Below the pieces are notes generated by a model that searched no databases, was not told the DNA's origin, and saw nothing but the letters and a program-made list of their open reading frames with translations. DNA of 25,668 nucleotides from a virus. Lineage: Duplodnaviria > Caudoviricetes. Both the position numbers and the translations under genes were made by a program. The DNA lies in IMG/VR virus record IMGVR_UViG_3300025416_000037, positions 1 to 25,668 of that record, one strand, 5' to 3'. Below are positions 1-9,130 of this stretch, one piece after another. Position 1 is the stretch's first letter. Each line of letters opens with the position of its first letter.

Positions 1-806
1 TGGAAACCACCGAACTGCACGATGCGCTCACCAGCAACAACACGGTCCTTGAAGGCCCAACCGGTCTGGTTGATGTCCCACTTGTAGAGGTCACGGTAGT
101 CGAGTGGGTTGAACAACAGTCTCGAAGCTTCCAACTGGTGGACTTCGATGAGTGCAACGAGGTCGTACAGCGAGTCAGGAGTAATGTAACCCGAGAGCTC
201 GTTGACGATGTGGTTAGGCGACACGACGTGGTTGGGGTCAACCGCGTAGTTGTTGATGGCAGCTTCGAGCACCGTGATCAAACGGGCGTCTTCCTGCATC
301 ATGATAGCCTGCTTGGACATGTCCTGAGCGTACTCCACGATGTTCACACGGAGGTACCACAAGTCTTCCTTCTTAATCTGAGGGAAGGTAGCGATACGGA
401 ACAAACGGACTGGAACCTTCTTACCTTCGAAGGGTGTCACACGGACTTCACCTTCGTTACCGGAAAGAATGTAAGCCTGACCGTACTCGTCGAGGACGTC
501 GTACATGACAGGGACACCAGGAGTAAGCGGGTCTTCCAGAAGCACGTTACGGGTCATACCCTGGTAACGGAGCTTAAGCTGGATAGGACCAATCATACCC
601 TGGCCCAAACGGACCATGTAGTTGTCCTTGTCTGCCAGAACACCGGCGAGACGACGTTGCTTCTCTTCACGAGTTGCAGTTACGCGGCCAGTGGCTGTCT
701 TAAGACGGTCCTGGGCCTCAATGATACCGGCGACGTAGTCGTCCGACTTCTTGGCTGTACGAGGAGCGAGGTGCTCGGCAACAGCGCCATTGGGAAGAAT
801 TGACAT
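1..806 (-). CDS. Major capsid protein (3'-truncated by window edge; missing from the ORF track)
   Basis: ATG at 806 follows the SD GAAAGGA and the frame stays open to the window edge. My translation reads MSILPNGAVAEHLAPRTAKKSDDYV...RLGQGMIGPIQLKLRYQGMTRNVLLEDPLTPGVPVMYDVLDEYGQAYILSGNEGEVRVTPFEGK...FRIATFPQIKKEDL...DYRDLYKWDINQTGWAFKDRVVAGERIVQFGGF. This closely resembles cluster C mycobacteriophage capsid proteins as I recall them. Codon bias is strong. Confidence 0.92.
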   Translation of the reverse strand, partial: MSILPNGAVAEHLAPRTAKKSDDYVAGIIEAQDRLKTATGRVTATREEKQRRLAGVLADKDNYMVRLGQGMIGPIQLKLRYQGMTRNVLLEDPLTPGVPVMYDVLDEYGQAYILSGNEGEVRVTPFEGKKVPVRLFRIATFPQIKKEDLWYLRVNIVEYAQDMSKQAIMMQEDARLITVLEAAINNYAVDPNHVVSPNHIVNELSGYITPDSLYDLVALIEVHQLEASRLLFNPLDYRDLYKWDINQTGWAFKDRVVAGERIVQFGGF

Positions 807-830
807 TTTCTATATTTCCTTTCAAAGACC

Positions 831-1352
831 TTAGGCAGTTGCGCCGTATGGAACGAGACGGACAACAATCTGTGTTGGGCTGATAACATCGATCAACTCA
901 GCAACTGGGACAGCAGCCAGTGTCGTAGCAGCACCCACAACCGAAGTCAGCTGACCAGTACCCGAAGTGGTGTACAGCAAAGTGCGAGTACCGTTGGTTG
1001 GGACTGTGTAAGCCTGAGTGGTGTCGAAAGCAGGAGCCGTAATCGTGAAGAAGGCGTTGGAGTTACCAAGCCAAACAGCCCACGAGTTGACGCCGACCTG
1101 AGTCACATCATCAATGTTTGGGTTGCGGTCGAGAGCAGACAGACCAAAAGGCTTGGCGTTAGCGGTCGAAGCAGCTGTACCAGCGTTGGCGACGGTGTCA
1201 GGACCCGTACGGTACATGACCATGCCCGAGTAGATGTTAGTCGTATCGGTTGGGTCAAGGAACGTGTTGTATGGTGTAGCCTCGTACTTTTCGTACAGTG
1301 GGGTGCACGTACGGTGGACCCCAACGTTAGCTACGCTATTAAGTTGCAGCAT
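831..1352 (-). CDS. Capsid decoration protein
   Basis: 173 aa, Thr/Ala/Val-rich and beta-type, directly upstream of the capsid gene, with SD AGGAG. RTCTPLYEKYEATPYNTFLDP resembles cluster C decoration proteins. Confidence 0.7.
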   Translation of the reverse strand: MLQLNSVANVGVHRTCTPLYEKYEATPYNTFLDPTDTTNIYSGMVMYRTGPDTVANAGTAASTANAKPFGLSALDRNPNIDDVTQVGVNSWAVWLGNSNAFFTITAPAFDTTQAYTVPTNGTRTLLYTTSGTGQLTSVVGAATTLAAVPVAELIDVISPTQIVVRLVPYGATA

Positions 1353-1384
1353 ATTTTCTTTCTCCTGTTAGTAGGGGATTTGGG

Positions 1385-2734
1385 TTAAAGTGTCATCAGC
1401 CAATCGTCAGACTGAATGTCCTGACGAGTAACTGTTGAGGCCGTTGTCAACCGACCCATTTCTGGCAAAGAATTGTTGCCCTTTGCCACTTTCTGGCTCC
1501 GGGGTTGACGAGCCCCAGACTCTTCAAACATGTCAATGCTTGCTACAAAACCTGCTAGCTTAGTATCTGACATTTGTTCAAACTTTGCGATGTGCTTAGC
1601 ACGGTCATCGTGTTGGACCATACCCATCTTTTCAAGACGGTCCACAACCTGAATAGCAGCAAAGATCTTTTCGCGGCTAGCTTGCACAGCGGCAACGGTG
1701 CCTGCATAAGGAGCAAGAGCTGGGTTGGTACCATCTTCGAAGTCAAGTTGCTGGTGGTGTGGGCCATGCAGCTGGTCATCAAGAACACCAGTCTCAGTAC
1801 CGTCGTTGTAGTAAGGAACGTAGGCAGCGTCTTCGCCGTTTACTTCCTCAGGTACAAGAACGTTGGTTTGGTGGTCGGGCTGCATAACGCGCTCACGGCT
1901 CCAAACACCGGCTTGGTCATCAAGGTCACGAACGTCTACAATTTGCAGCGACTCTTGGTTACCGTTTGAGCCTTTTTTGCCAAATGGGTTATCGTCATCT
2001 TCGCAGTCATCGCAGCCCTTACCCTTGCAATTCTTGCAATCCTTCTTCTTAGGCTTCTTCTTCTTGCTGGTGGTACCCTTGGTGTCGTCTGAGTCACCAT
2101 CGTCTTCTTTTGACTCATCGTCTTCGCCAGTAGCAGCAACCTTGATGTCCTGGAGGAGTCCTTCAAGAGCAGTAAGGTCAGCAGAAGCCTGGTGGAAGTT
2201 ACCAGTAACAACAAGGTCGTTTTCAATGTCGAGAACAATGCTGGCAACGGTACCAATTACGCTATTAACTTCTGGGCTTGCGCTAGCAAAACGGAGAACG
2301 GTAGAAGCTTCATTAGAGGCAGTTACAAGGTTGCTAAAATCAAAGTCGACTTCATTGCGGATAGCATCACGAATCTCGCGGCTAGCCTTGTAAACCTGAT
2401 ACAGACTTTCATCAATAGCTTTTGTACTTGCGTACACAGGGCCACCTTCTGCATAAACGGCGCTCGAGCCAGGGCCACCAATAATTTCTTGGCCAGCATC
2501 AACAGCAGTAAAATCACGAACATCAACTTGACGCATGATTGCTTGGTCAGCGATCCACTCGCCAACTTCTTCAACAGCAGGGGGTGCCTTGTAAACACCA
2601 GGAGCGGCATCAGTGCCCTCAGTATCCTCTTGGTTGTAACCTTCAACTCTTGGAGTAGTCGTTGTTCCCGACATACCTCTATCTTGGAAGGCGTTTCCTG
2701 CTTGCTTAATCATCTCGTCATCAAAACGGCTCAT
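1385..2734 (-). CDS. Putative scaffolding/head assembly protein
   Basis: 449 aa, acidic with helical segments, lying between the protease and decoration/capsid genes. Contains a Lys-rich CKNCKGKGCDDC knuckle and two VDVRD motifs. ATGA overlap with the upstream gene. Confidence 0.55.
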   Translation of the reverse strand: MSRFDDEMIKQAGNAFQDRGMSGTTTTPRVEGYNQEDTEGTDAAPGVYKAPPAVEEVGEWIADQAIMRQVDVRDFTAVDAGQEIIGGPGSSAVYAEGGPVYASTKAIDESLYQVYKASREIRDAIRNEVDFDFSNLVTASNEASTVLRFASASPEVNSVIGTVASIVLDIENDLVVTGNFHQASADLTALEGLLQDIKVAATGEDDESKEDDGDSDDTKGTTSKKKKPKKKDCKNCKGKGCDDCEDDDNPFGKKGSNGNQESLQIVDVRDLDDQAGVWSRERVMQPDHQTNVLVPEEVNGEDAAYVPYYNDGTETGVLDDQLHGPHHQQLDFEDGTNPALAPYAGTVAAVQASREKIFAAIQVVDRLEKMGMVQHDDRAKHIAKFEQMSDTKLAGFVASIDMFEESGARQPRSQKVAKGNNSLPEMGRLTTASTVTRQDIQSDDWLMTL

Positions 2735-3432
2735 GATTGCTCCTCGCTATTTTCTTCGTTTTTGTTTTGTGCATCAACTTCTGCAGTACCTTTAAGCAAG
2801 TCCCACATTCTTGTGGTGCCATCCATTGCTGCGTTCATCGAGTCATCTTGAATAGCACCAGGGTTCGTACCTTTGGCGCTTTTCTTCTTTAAATTCTTTT
2901 TATTATCTTCGATCTTTAGTGATGCCGGGCTTAGAAACCTGCGCACAACTTTTACCTTGTCTCTATCTATACCCGTTTTCTCAGGTCTATTAAATCCTAA
3001 AGCTCCAGCAATTTCTGCACGGCATTCAGGATTTGTACAATTACCTGCTTTGGGGTGTTTTGGATCAGGATCAGGCAACCATGTCATTTGATCACAATCA
3101 TTACATTTTTGCTTTTGCATAAATGTATCTTGCTTAGCAATAGACGGTATAACGTCAGTAAATGCAAGGCTTTTGTATGCTGCCTTAGCATTTGGGTTTT
3201 GTTCTTTAAGGCTTTGTTGTTGCTGCTTTACAACCTGTTGGATGCCCATAGCATCCTGCCACTCTTGAATTGCTTCTTGAACTTCTGGAGCAATAAAAGC
3301 ACAGTCAGGACAAATGCCATCTCTGTAACCATTTCCTTGGCATTGTGGGCAGTCGCCAATAGGAGAAATAGTTACCCTAATAACTTCTAATGCATACTTT
3401 TTAATATCGTTAGAAACTTTAAGGATAGGCAT
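2731..3432 (-). CDS. Zn-ribbon head-module protein, function unknown
   Basis: Contains CPQCQGNG...CPDC and CNDC...CTNPEC. The likely start is ATG 3432, coupled to the protease stop (TAATG), rather than 3459. Confidence 0.6.
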   Translation of the reverse strand: MPILKVSNDIKKYALEVIRVTISPIGDCPQCQGNGYRDGICPDCAFIAPEVQEAIQEWQDAMGIQQVVKQQQQSLKEQNPNAKAAYKSLAFTDVIPSIAKQDTFMQKQKCNDCDQMTWLPDPDPKHPKAGNCTNPECRAEIAGALGFNRPEKTGIDRDKVKVVRRFLSPASLKIEDNKKNLKKKSAKGTNPGAIQDDSMNAAMDGTTRMWDLLKGTAEVDAQNKNEENSEEQS

Positions 3433-4094
3433 TAGTACCGCTTTTTGTGCAAAAGCCATGCACTCTCGTCAGCAGGATCAAACACAAAACTCAGCTCAAA
3501 GAAGTTTGGTCGAATGCAGCTTTCGAACACAAGGCTTTCGCTGCTTTTACCAGCTGTGTAGACAGTAACAGTACGACCTTTAAGGCGAGGAATGTGAACG
3601 CAGTATTCAGCAGGCTTGCTAGCATATTTACCGCAGGCAGAACAAAGAGTACCTTCAACATCTGCACCCATGCTGACAGCGTTTAGACTGCCTTCCATAA
3701 TAGCGTTAGCAAGCTTAGGAAAGTTTTCAGCATCAACTTCCATAAGGCAGTAGACACTGGCATCGGTGTGACCAGAAGCGAGCTTGCTTTCACGGTAAAC
3801 AGCATCAAGGATAACACCTCGAGCACGATCAGGATCTGAATTGTTGTGCTCAACATAGATTGGGCGACCAACAAAAGTCTTATAACTCTTCTTGATCTGG
3901 TCGACAGGCCAACCATCATAATTAGCGTTTACTCTGGAGGAAATTGCTCTAGAAACAGCGTAAACGTACCCAGGCTCTGGTTTAAAATCTTTAAAGTCAT
4001 CAAAAGTAACGTTGTGTAGCTCAATAGGCTGGCCGACGTTAGCCAGAGACTCTCTACCCTGTAGAGTTATTGATGGGGCACCAAATTTTATCAT
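3432..4094 (-). CDS. Prohead (capsid maturation) protease, HK97/assemblin-like, with a Zn-binding insertion
   Basis: His in YVEHNNSDPDRARGVI, Ser in AVSMG, and C-terminal FELSFVFDPADESA (E-x-S-x-V-x-x-P-A pattern). CSACG...YCVH insertion. Positioned between portal and capsid genes. Confidence 0.72.
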   Translation of the reverse strand: MIKFGAPSITLQGRESLANVGQPIELHNVTFDDFKDFKPEPGYVYAVSRAISSRVNANYDGWPVDQIKKSYKTFVGRPIYVEHNNSDPDRARGVILDAVYRESKLASGHTDASVYCLMEVDAENFPKLANAIMEGSLNAVSMGADVEGTLCSACGKYASKPAEYCVHIPRLKGRTVTVYTAGKSSESLVFESCIRPNFFELSFVFDPADESAWLLHKKRY

Positions 4095-4110
4095 CTTCGT
4101 AACCTATTTT

Positions 4111-4160
4111 GAATTAACATAGTTTTTACATCACTGTAATAATTAAAACTATGTTAATTC
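4111..4160. repeat. Perfect 16-bp inverted repeat (hairpin) between the DUF1003 gene and the protease gene
   Basis: GAATTAACATAGTTTT (4111-4126) and AAAACTATGTTAATTC (4145-4160), separated by 18 nt. The right arm contains the DUF1003 stop codon. Confidence 0.85.
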
Positions 4161-4531
4161 CTTCTCTCTATGAGTTCTTTTAGTTCTTTAAGCATCATTT
4201 GGTGATCTTCACTCACTTGCAAGTGATAAGCCGCTAATTCTGCAGCAATACGATCTGCACGCTTAGCAGCAATAAGCAAGATTGCTCCTTGCAGACCAGC
4301 GAGTGTAGACAACATAAGGTTTAAAAGAATGAACGGGTATGGGTCCCAGGCGCTGTGGCCTCTGTTGTCTAGGATCCACCAACCCATGAATGCAATAAAA
4401 CCAAAAACAAAAGGCCAGCTACCCATGCTACGGCGCATAACGTCTGCAGCTTTTTCACCGAAGGTTCTCTGATCACCAGTGCGTACAGTTGGGTGGAATT
4501 CCCAGTGGCTTACCTTTTTTATGGTACGCAT
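4154..4531 (-). CDS. DUF1003-family membrane protein
   Basis: RTFGEKAAD...MGSWPFVFGFIAFMGWW...WDPYPFILLNLMLSTLAGLQGAILLIAAKRADR matches the DUF1003 DPYPFILLNL signature. Two transmembrane helices. Confidence 0.85.
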   Translation of the reverse strand: MRTIKKVSHWEFHPTVRTGDQRTFGEKAADVMRRSMGSWPFVFGFIAFMGWWILDNRGHSAWDPYPFILLNLMLSTLAGLQGAILLIAAKRADRIAAELAAYHLQVSEDHQMMLKELKELIERRN

Positions 4532-4532
4532 A

Positions 4533-4910
4533 CTAGTACTCGTCTGTATTGTGTGCAGCTCTAAGGCCCTCGTGATAACCTAAATGACGATCCTGTGCTT
4601 GTGTAAGATTGTCTACCTGGATTTCAATGCCCAACAAATAGTCAACCTTTGCTTCCAAACGGTTCCACTGGTCTTTAGGGCTAGAGCCACCATTAGTTTT
4701 ATACTGGTTAAGAAGACGCTCAAATTTTTCGTCTTGATCTTGTTTGTTTTCCAAGATCTTTGCTTCGAGCTCATCCATCTTATTATCATTGTGACGAACA
4801 ATTAGCTTATAAATAAAACGAGCTACCGTACCAAATCCTGCTGCTGCGAAGAAGAAATTAGAGATATAACTGAACCAGTTATTTGAAGAGTTAAAGAATG
4901 AAGCAAGCAT
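4533..4910 (-). CDS. Single-pass membrane protein with coiled-coil C-terminus (holin/lysis-accessory-like)
   Basis: Hydrophobic N-terminal segment (FSYISNFFFAAAGFGTVARFIY) followed by heptad-like helices and an NGGSS-x-K-D motif that I recall from actinophage membrane proteins. Tightly packed against both neighbours. Confidence 0.55.
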   Translation of the reverse strand: MLASFFNSSNNWFSYISNFFFAAAGFGTVARFIYKLIVRHNDNKMDELEAKILENKQDQDEKFERLLNQYKTNGGSSPKDQWNRLEAKVDYLLGIEIQVDNLTQAQDRHLGYHEGLRAAHNTDEY

Positions 4911-5102
4911 TTATGCCTCATCAATTTTTTCATAAATACTATTTGATAGATCCAGCTTGTGAGCATTGCGACATTTACGCCCCTCACCTTCTTTAATAAT
5001 GTCTAATTTGACTAGAGGGCTAACTACGTCAAGAAAGCTCTTCTTATTAAAAGCAGCTTTTGGTAGAAGACGGGGAGTCTCATTGTTAAAAAGAGTGCTC
5101 AT
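4911..5102 (-). CDS. Small hypothetical protein
   Basis: 63 aa with SD GGAG. Its stop is immediately followed by the next ATG (TAAATG). Confidence 0.7.
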   Translation of the reverse strand: MSTLFNNETPRLLPKAAFNKKSFLDVVSPLVKLDIIKEGEGRKCRNAHKLDLSNSIYEKIDEA

Positions 5103-5169
5103 GCGGGTCTCCGTTGATTAAATAATACACGTTCTATTATTTAGTGCATTATCAGGGTTATTATAAATC

Positions 5170-7536
5170 TTATAAAGTAGTTTCTTCTTCAGGATCTGTT
5201 TGAACAACGCCTGGTGCAGAGCTTGCAGTGCCACCACCGGGGTTATTCCCGCCTGCTAAATCAGCAATTGGGTTGCCCGTATCTTGGTTATTAGTAGGTG
5301 TAGGAATCATTGAGTTTTCACCATCGAGAGCACTAGCAAGGTGCTGTTTGAATAATTCTTCATCAAACTTTTCATAGCTATTGTCTACAATTACCTTCAT
5401 ACCCGAGGCAAGCTTCATCCGCTTACGCTTCTTCTGCTCGAACGGAACAGCAAACTTCATGCGATCGCCATATTCGACACGACCACTAAACTCATCATCG
5501 AAATCTTCATCCCAACCAGAGACTGAAGCCGTCTTCTTCTTAGGACCATTCTTTGGTCCCTTCTTAGAAGGCTTGGGCTGAGACTTGCGTTGCTCGTAGC
5601 TTTCTTCTGGGCGTTGGCGTGCTTGTTGGTTAATGCTTGGGTATACCTGAGCACCAGCAGCGGCGTCACTACCCATTGCTCCAACATCTGTCATATTCGG
5701 AGAAGCAGGAGGTGCCACAAGTCCAGCCATAGCTCCTGGAGCAAGTTGTGCGCCAAGCGATGGGTCTTCCAACATCGCTAAGTAGGCCTGGTATTCCTGC
5801 ACATATTCTGGTGGCACTGGCAATTGCAGCACCATCAAACGGTTGAACAGCTCTTTCTTAAATTGCTGCTCAGCAACAACCGTCTTAATCTTTTCTTCCT
5901 TACGTGCATCAATCTCGTCATCGAAGTCGATTGGGATATTGACAGCAAGCGTGCTGAGGGAGATTGGGAAACCTGAGGCGCTAAGCTGCTGAAGGAAGCC
6001 GCGTTCGACTGTCTCGTCTCTCAGGTTCATTGAACGGAATCGTACTTCAGGGATGGCTAGCTTGGGGCGTTCTTCAACGTACTCAGCGCCAGTCTCCTCA
6101 TCAACCATAAGAACAGTTTCCATAACAGGAACCATCTGACCGCCCACGTTACGCATTTCATAGTGACCCTGTCTTTCTGCTACTGGTTCCATACGGCTAC
6201 GGATGAACTTTTCAATCTTGTGCTGATAAGTGCTAAGCATTTGGGTGATGAGTTCACGGTTAAGAGCACCAGAAGCATAGGTGCCACCCTGACCACCTTG
6301 GATAAGGTCAGCACCAATACCGAATACACCCATGAGGTTTGTCTGCACACGCATAAAGTCTGTGTCAAGACGAGGCATTGACTCACGACCAAAAGCATTC
6401 TGAATCTGAAGGCCGTGGTGGTACGTCATCAAACGGAAGTCTGAGTTGATAGCCATAGCTAGGTCATCACGCAAAGATTGGAGTTCCATAGCATCTGGGA
6501 TCCATGGGCCGTCTTGGTCTACGTCAGGGAGCCCCAAAGTAGCAAGAATAAGTGGAGAATACAGACGGTCAGCAATAGCATCTTGAGCGGCGTTAAGGGA
6601 CTCTTCAAGCATAAGAGTGCGGAAAGCACGAAGAAGAATAGGAGTACCATGTTCACTCCAAGGGTTCGTAGAGAACTTAATCTGTTTCATGATTACGTCA
6701 GAAACAGGGATCTCTTTATCTTGTCTAGCCCATGCTACAACGTCAGGGTAGAGCTGCATAAGCATTGCATACTCTTGAGGAGGATCACGGCGTTCGATAA
6801 GACGCTTGATTTCTTCTGGTACCTTAACATGGTATTGATAGGTTCTAAGAGCGCGGTTCTTAGCGACGACAACGTCGTTAGGGTTGATGATCTCATCTTC
6901 TTCCCAAGCACCAATACCATCGTGCCAAGAACCCATAGCGAACACTTCACCAACAGTCCAGTGCTCTCGACCCAAGTCATAAAGGAACTCTTGGTAGTTA
7001 AGGCCATCAAAGAACAATTCATTATAGAAATCTGAGATGCGCTTGTCTGGGTGAACTAGCTCAATGTCTAGAAGCGGGAACCTAGTATAAATATCGATAA
7101 GACCAGGTACCAAGTGGTGAGTAGTATAAAGTAGGCGAGCCCAGTCTCTGATTTTTCTGGTTTGCTCATCTGGGTCCTCCATGTTGAACCACCACGTGCG
7201 CTCACGCCAGTATTCAAATGGGTCATGCAATTTAGGTAAAGCCCATTGGGCATCTGATCCTGTAGCGGCAGCAGTTCTACGGTTAGTAGTTCTAGCCATG
7301 CCATTCTCTGCTAGGAAATCAACTCCTAGCTTATTAAGACGTTGTCTACCCTCTGGAGGACCACCCATAGCCATAGCCATCGGAGCAATGTCATTAAGCA
7401 TTGATCCACTAGTCTTAGCTCTATCAAGCATGTCACGTGCAGCCACGCGCCCAGCGATAGGGTTCTTAGGTAAGGTAATACCGGCTGTCTTCATGCGGCT
7501 AAACTCCGCCGAAGCACTCCAGTCGTTTGACGCCAT
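5170..7536 (-). CDS. Portal protein
   Basis: 788 aa. KIRDWARLLYTTHHLVPGLIDIYTRFPL, NPWSEHGTPILLRAFRTLMLEESLNAAQDAIADRLYSPLILATLG and GGTYASGALNRELITQML resemble cluster C-like portals. Upstream of the protease and capsid genes. Confidence 0.85.
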   Translation of the reverse strand: MASNDWSASAEFSRMKTAGITLPKNPIAGRVAARDMLDRAKTSGSMLNDIAPMAMAMGGPPEGRQRLNKLGVDFLAENGMARTTNRRTAAATGSDAQWALPKLHDPFEYWRERTWWFNMEDPDEQTRKIRDWARLLYTTHHLVPGLIDIYTRFPLLDIELVHPDKRISDFYNELFFDGLNYQEFLYDLGREHWTVGEVFAMGSWHDGIGAWEEDEIINPNDVVVAKNRALRTYQYHVKVPEEIKRLIERRDPPQEYAMLMQLYPDVVAWARQDKEIPVSDVIMKQIKFSTNPWSEHGTPILLRAFRTLMLEESLNAAQDAIADRLYSPLILATLGLPDVDQDGPWIPDAMELQSLRDDLAMAINSDFRLMTYHHGLQIQNAFGRESMPRLDTDFMRVQTNLMGVFGIGADLIQGGQGGTYASGALNRELITQMLSTYQHKIEKFIRSRMEPVAERQGHYEMRNVGGQMVPVMETVLMVDEETGAEYVEERPKLAIPEVRFRSMNLRDETVERGFLQQLSASGFPISLSTLAVNIPIDFDDEIDARKEEKIKTVVAEQQFKKELFNRLMVLQLPVPPEYVQEYQAYLAMLEDPSLGAQLAPGAMAGLVAPPASPNMTDVGAMGSDAAAGAQVYPSINQQARQRPEESYEQRKSQPKPSKKGPKNGPKKKTASVSGWDEDFDDEFSGRVEYGDRMKFAVPFEQKKRKRMKLASGMKVIVDNSYEKFDEELFKQHLASALDGENSMIPTPTNNQDTGNPIADLAGGNNPGGGTASSAPGVVQTDPEEETTL

Positions 7537-7547
7537 CGTTTATCTTT

Positions 7548-7733
7548 CTAGAATGTCATGCAAGTGCAAAAAGGGATGTTGCCTTGAACCGGGTGGCCAC
7601 ATGGGTAATTTACACTACGTGTTGCACGAATTATACCACCAGAATTGTTCTGGTCAATGTCTACGCCATTAAAGTCAGTGTTTCTAGCAATGACACGGAC
7701 TGATGCTTGTCTAATGTTTTGTTGACGTTCCAT
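7548..7733 (-). CDS. Small Cys/His protein upstream of portal
   Basis: 61 aa, SD TAAGGAG, C-terminal PCGH...FCTC. Confidence 0.7.
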   Translation of the reverse strand: MERQQNIRQASVRVIARNTDFNGVDIDQNNSGGIIRATRSVNYPCGHPVQGNIPFCTCMTF

Positions 7734-7742
7734 AATATCTCC

Positions 7743-8504
7743 TTAACCGATGTAGTCGTGGTTGTTGCTAATGCTTGAGTTGGGTGTGGTACCCTCAGTG
7801 TAACCAGTAACTGTCCCGCCAGAGATTGTGATGGAGTCAACATCATTGAGGTTTTGTTGACCAATACTGCCGTTAACCCAAGTGGCTTCCTTACCAATCT
7901 GCTGTGCGCTAAGGTCAAGGAACATACCAGGAAGAGTCCAGTCAATAATGCCACTAGCTGTAGCACCAGAAGCAACAACTCTGTAAGCATTGTAGAAAAT
8001 GCCGCTTGCAACAGGCACTTTAAGAAGAACTGGTACGCTAGCAGTGGTGACAGAACCAGTTGCAATGGTAGTCCAGTTTGTGGAATTGTATAAGGTAGCG
8101 TTTGAATTGTAGTAGGCATTTGGAGTAAAACGGTCAAATGTTCCTTGAATAGCCACTGTGGCTGTACCAGACCAACTTGTTTCTGCGCTAAGCACAGTAG
8201 TAAGAGATTGAACATCTTGCAAAGAAACGTTATTATCAGGGGCGCAAACAAAACTAACGTCAATAGCACCATTACCATTAACGTTTAAGTTGAGACCAGG
8301 GTTCAGTGATCCCGGTTGTGCATAACCAATTTTGCCGCTAGATGTTGTGTATCCAACGCCGCTGCTAGTGATTTGAGCAGCGTATGCTACAGCAGGAGGG
8401 TATACCGAACCTGGTGTCCCATCATTACCATAATTGGTAACAAATTGGCCCAGTGGCCAAGTCTTCTTTGTTTGCTTTGGGCCTTTACCTTCTGCGATGT
8501 TCAT
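7743..8504 (-). CDS. Putative virion structural protein (beta-rich)
   Basis: 253 aa, rich in Thr/Ser/Gly/Asn with few charged residues, SD AGGAG, inside the head module. Confidence 0.55.
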   Translation of the reverse strand: MNIAEGKGPKQTKKTWPLGQFVTNYGNDGTPGSVYPPAVAYAAQITSSGVGYTTSSGKIGYAQPGSLNPGLNLNVNGNGAIDVSFVCAPDNNVSLQDVQSLTTVLSAETSWSGTATVAIQGTFDRFTPNAYYNSNATLYNSTNWTTIATGSVTTASVPVLLKVPVASGIFYNAYRVVASGATASGIIDWTLPGMFLDLSAQQIGKEATWVNGSIGQQNLNDVDSITISGGTVTGYTEGTTPNSSISNNHDYIG

Positions 8505-8512
8505 GTTCTCTC

Positions 8513-9127
8513 CTAGAGACTCATATAATCTATGCCAAGATCCGGTGCATCTGATTGTTGCAGGAATCTAATAGCATTCATGCTTATATCATCATCTGCG
8601 ACACTAATGGCTGGGCCATCGGCTGTTGGTACTGATTGTACTGTTTGCGGTCTTTGCACTGGCTGGTTTTGTACAGGAGCGGGTGCTGGTGCAACCCTTA
8701 CAGTCAATGCTTTGTCCACTTTTCCTTCAAGATTCTTGAAAGATGTATTTATTTGCTTTAGTGCACCACTTATTGCTTGCTCAACCTGTGGGAAAATTGG
8801 CTCTTCGACTTTAGGTGGTTCAGGCTTAATGAAGTATTTCTTTAATACACTTTCACAAAGATCCCAAGTCAATTTATTAACTTCAGGCCCTATAAGGCGT
8901 TGCAACCTTTTAAGCTTTTCTTCCCATATATAGTGATAAACATTCCCATCGTAATCAGTAAGAGTTCCGAAAGATACTCCGTCTGATGACATCTCAAATG
9001 TTAGGAATTCTATATTCACTACCATTTGGTTCTGTGGGGTTGGTGTTTTTTCAATAACTGGTTCTTCAACCTCAAGGACCTCTTCCACAGGAGTAGAAAG
9101 GATCTTAGTTTTTCTAGTTCTGAACAT
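8513..9127 (-). CDS. Hypothetical protein
   Basis: 204 aa ORF, tightly packed between neighbours, with a Pro-rich linker. Confidence 0.7.
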   Translation of the reverse strand: MFRTRKTKILSTPVEEVLEVEEPVIEKTPTPQNQMVVNIEFLTFEMSSDGVSFGTLTDYDGNVYHYIWEEKLKRLQRLIGPEVNKLTWDLCESVLKKYFIKPEPPKVEEPIFPQVEQAISGALKQINTSFKNLEGKVDKALTVRVAPAPAPVQNQPVQRPQTVQSVPTADGPAISVADDDISMNAIRFLQQSDAPDLGIDYMSL

Positions 9128-9130
9128 GAG

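Noticed and set aside
138-803. 221-aa plus-strand ORF
   Set aside because: It is the antisense shadow of the codon-biased major capsid gene on the minus strand.
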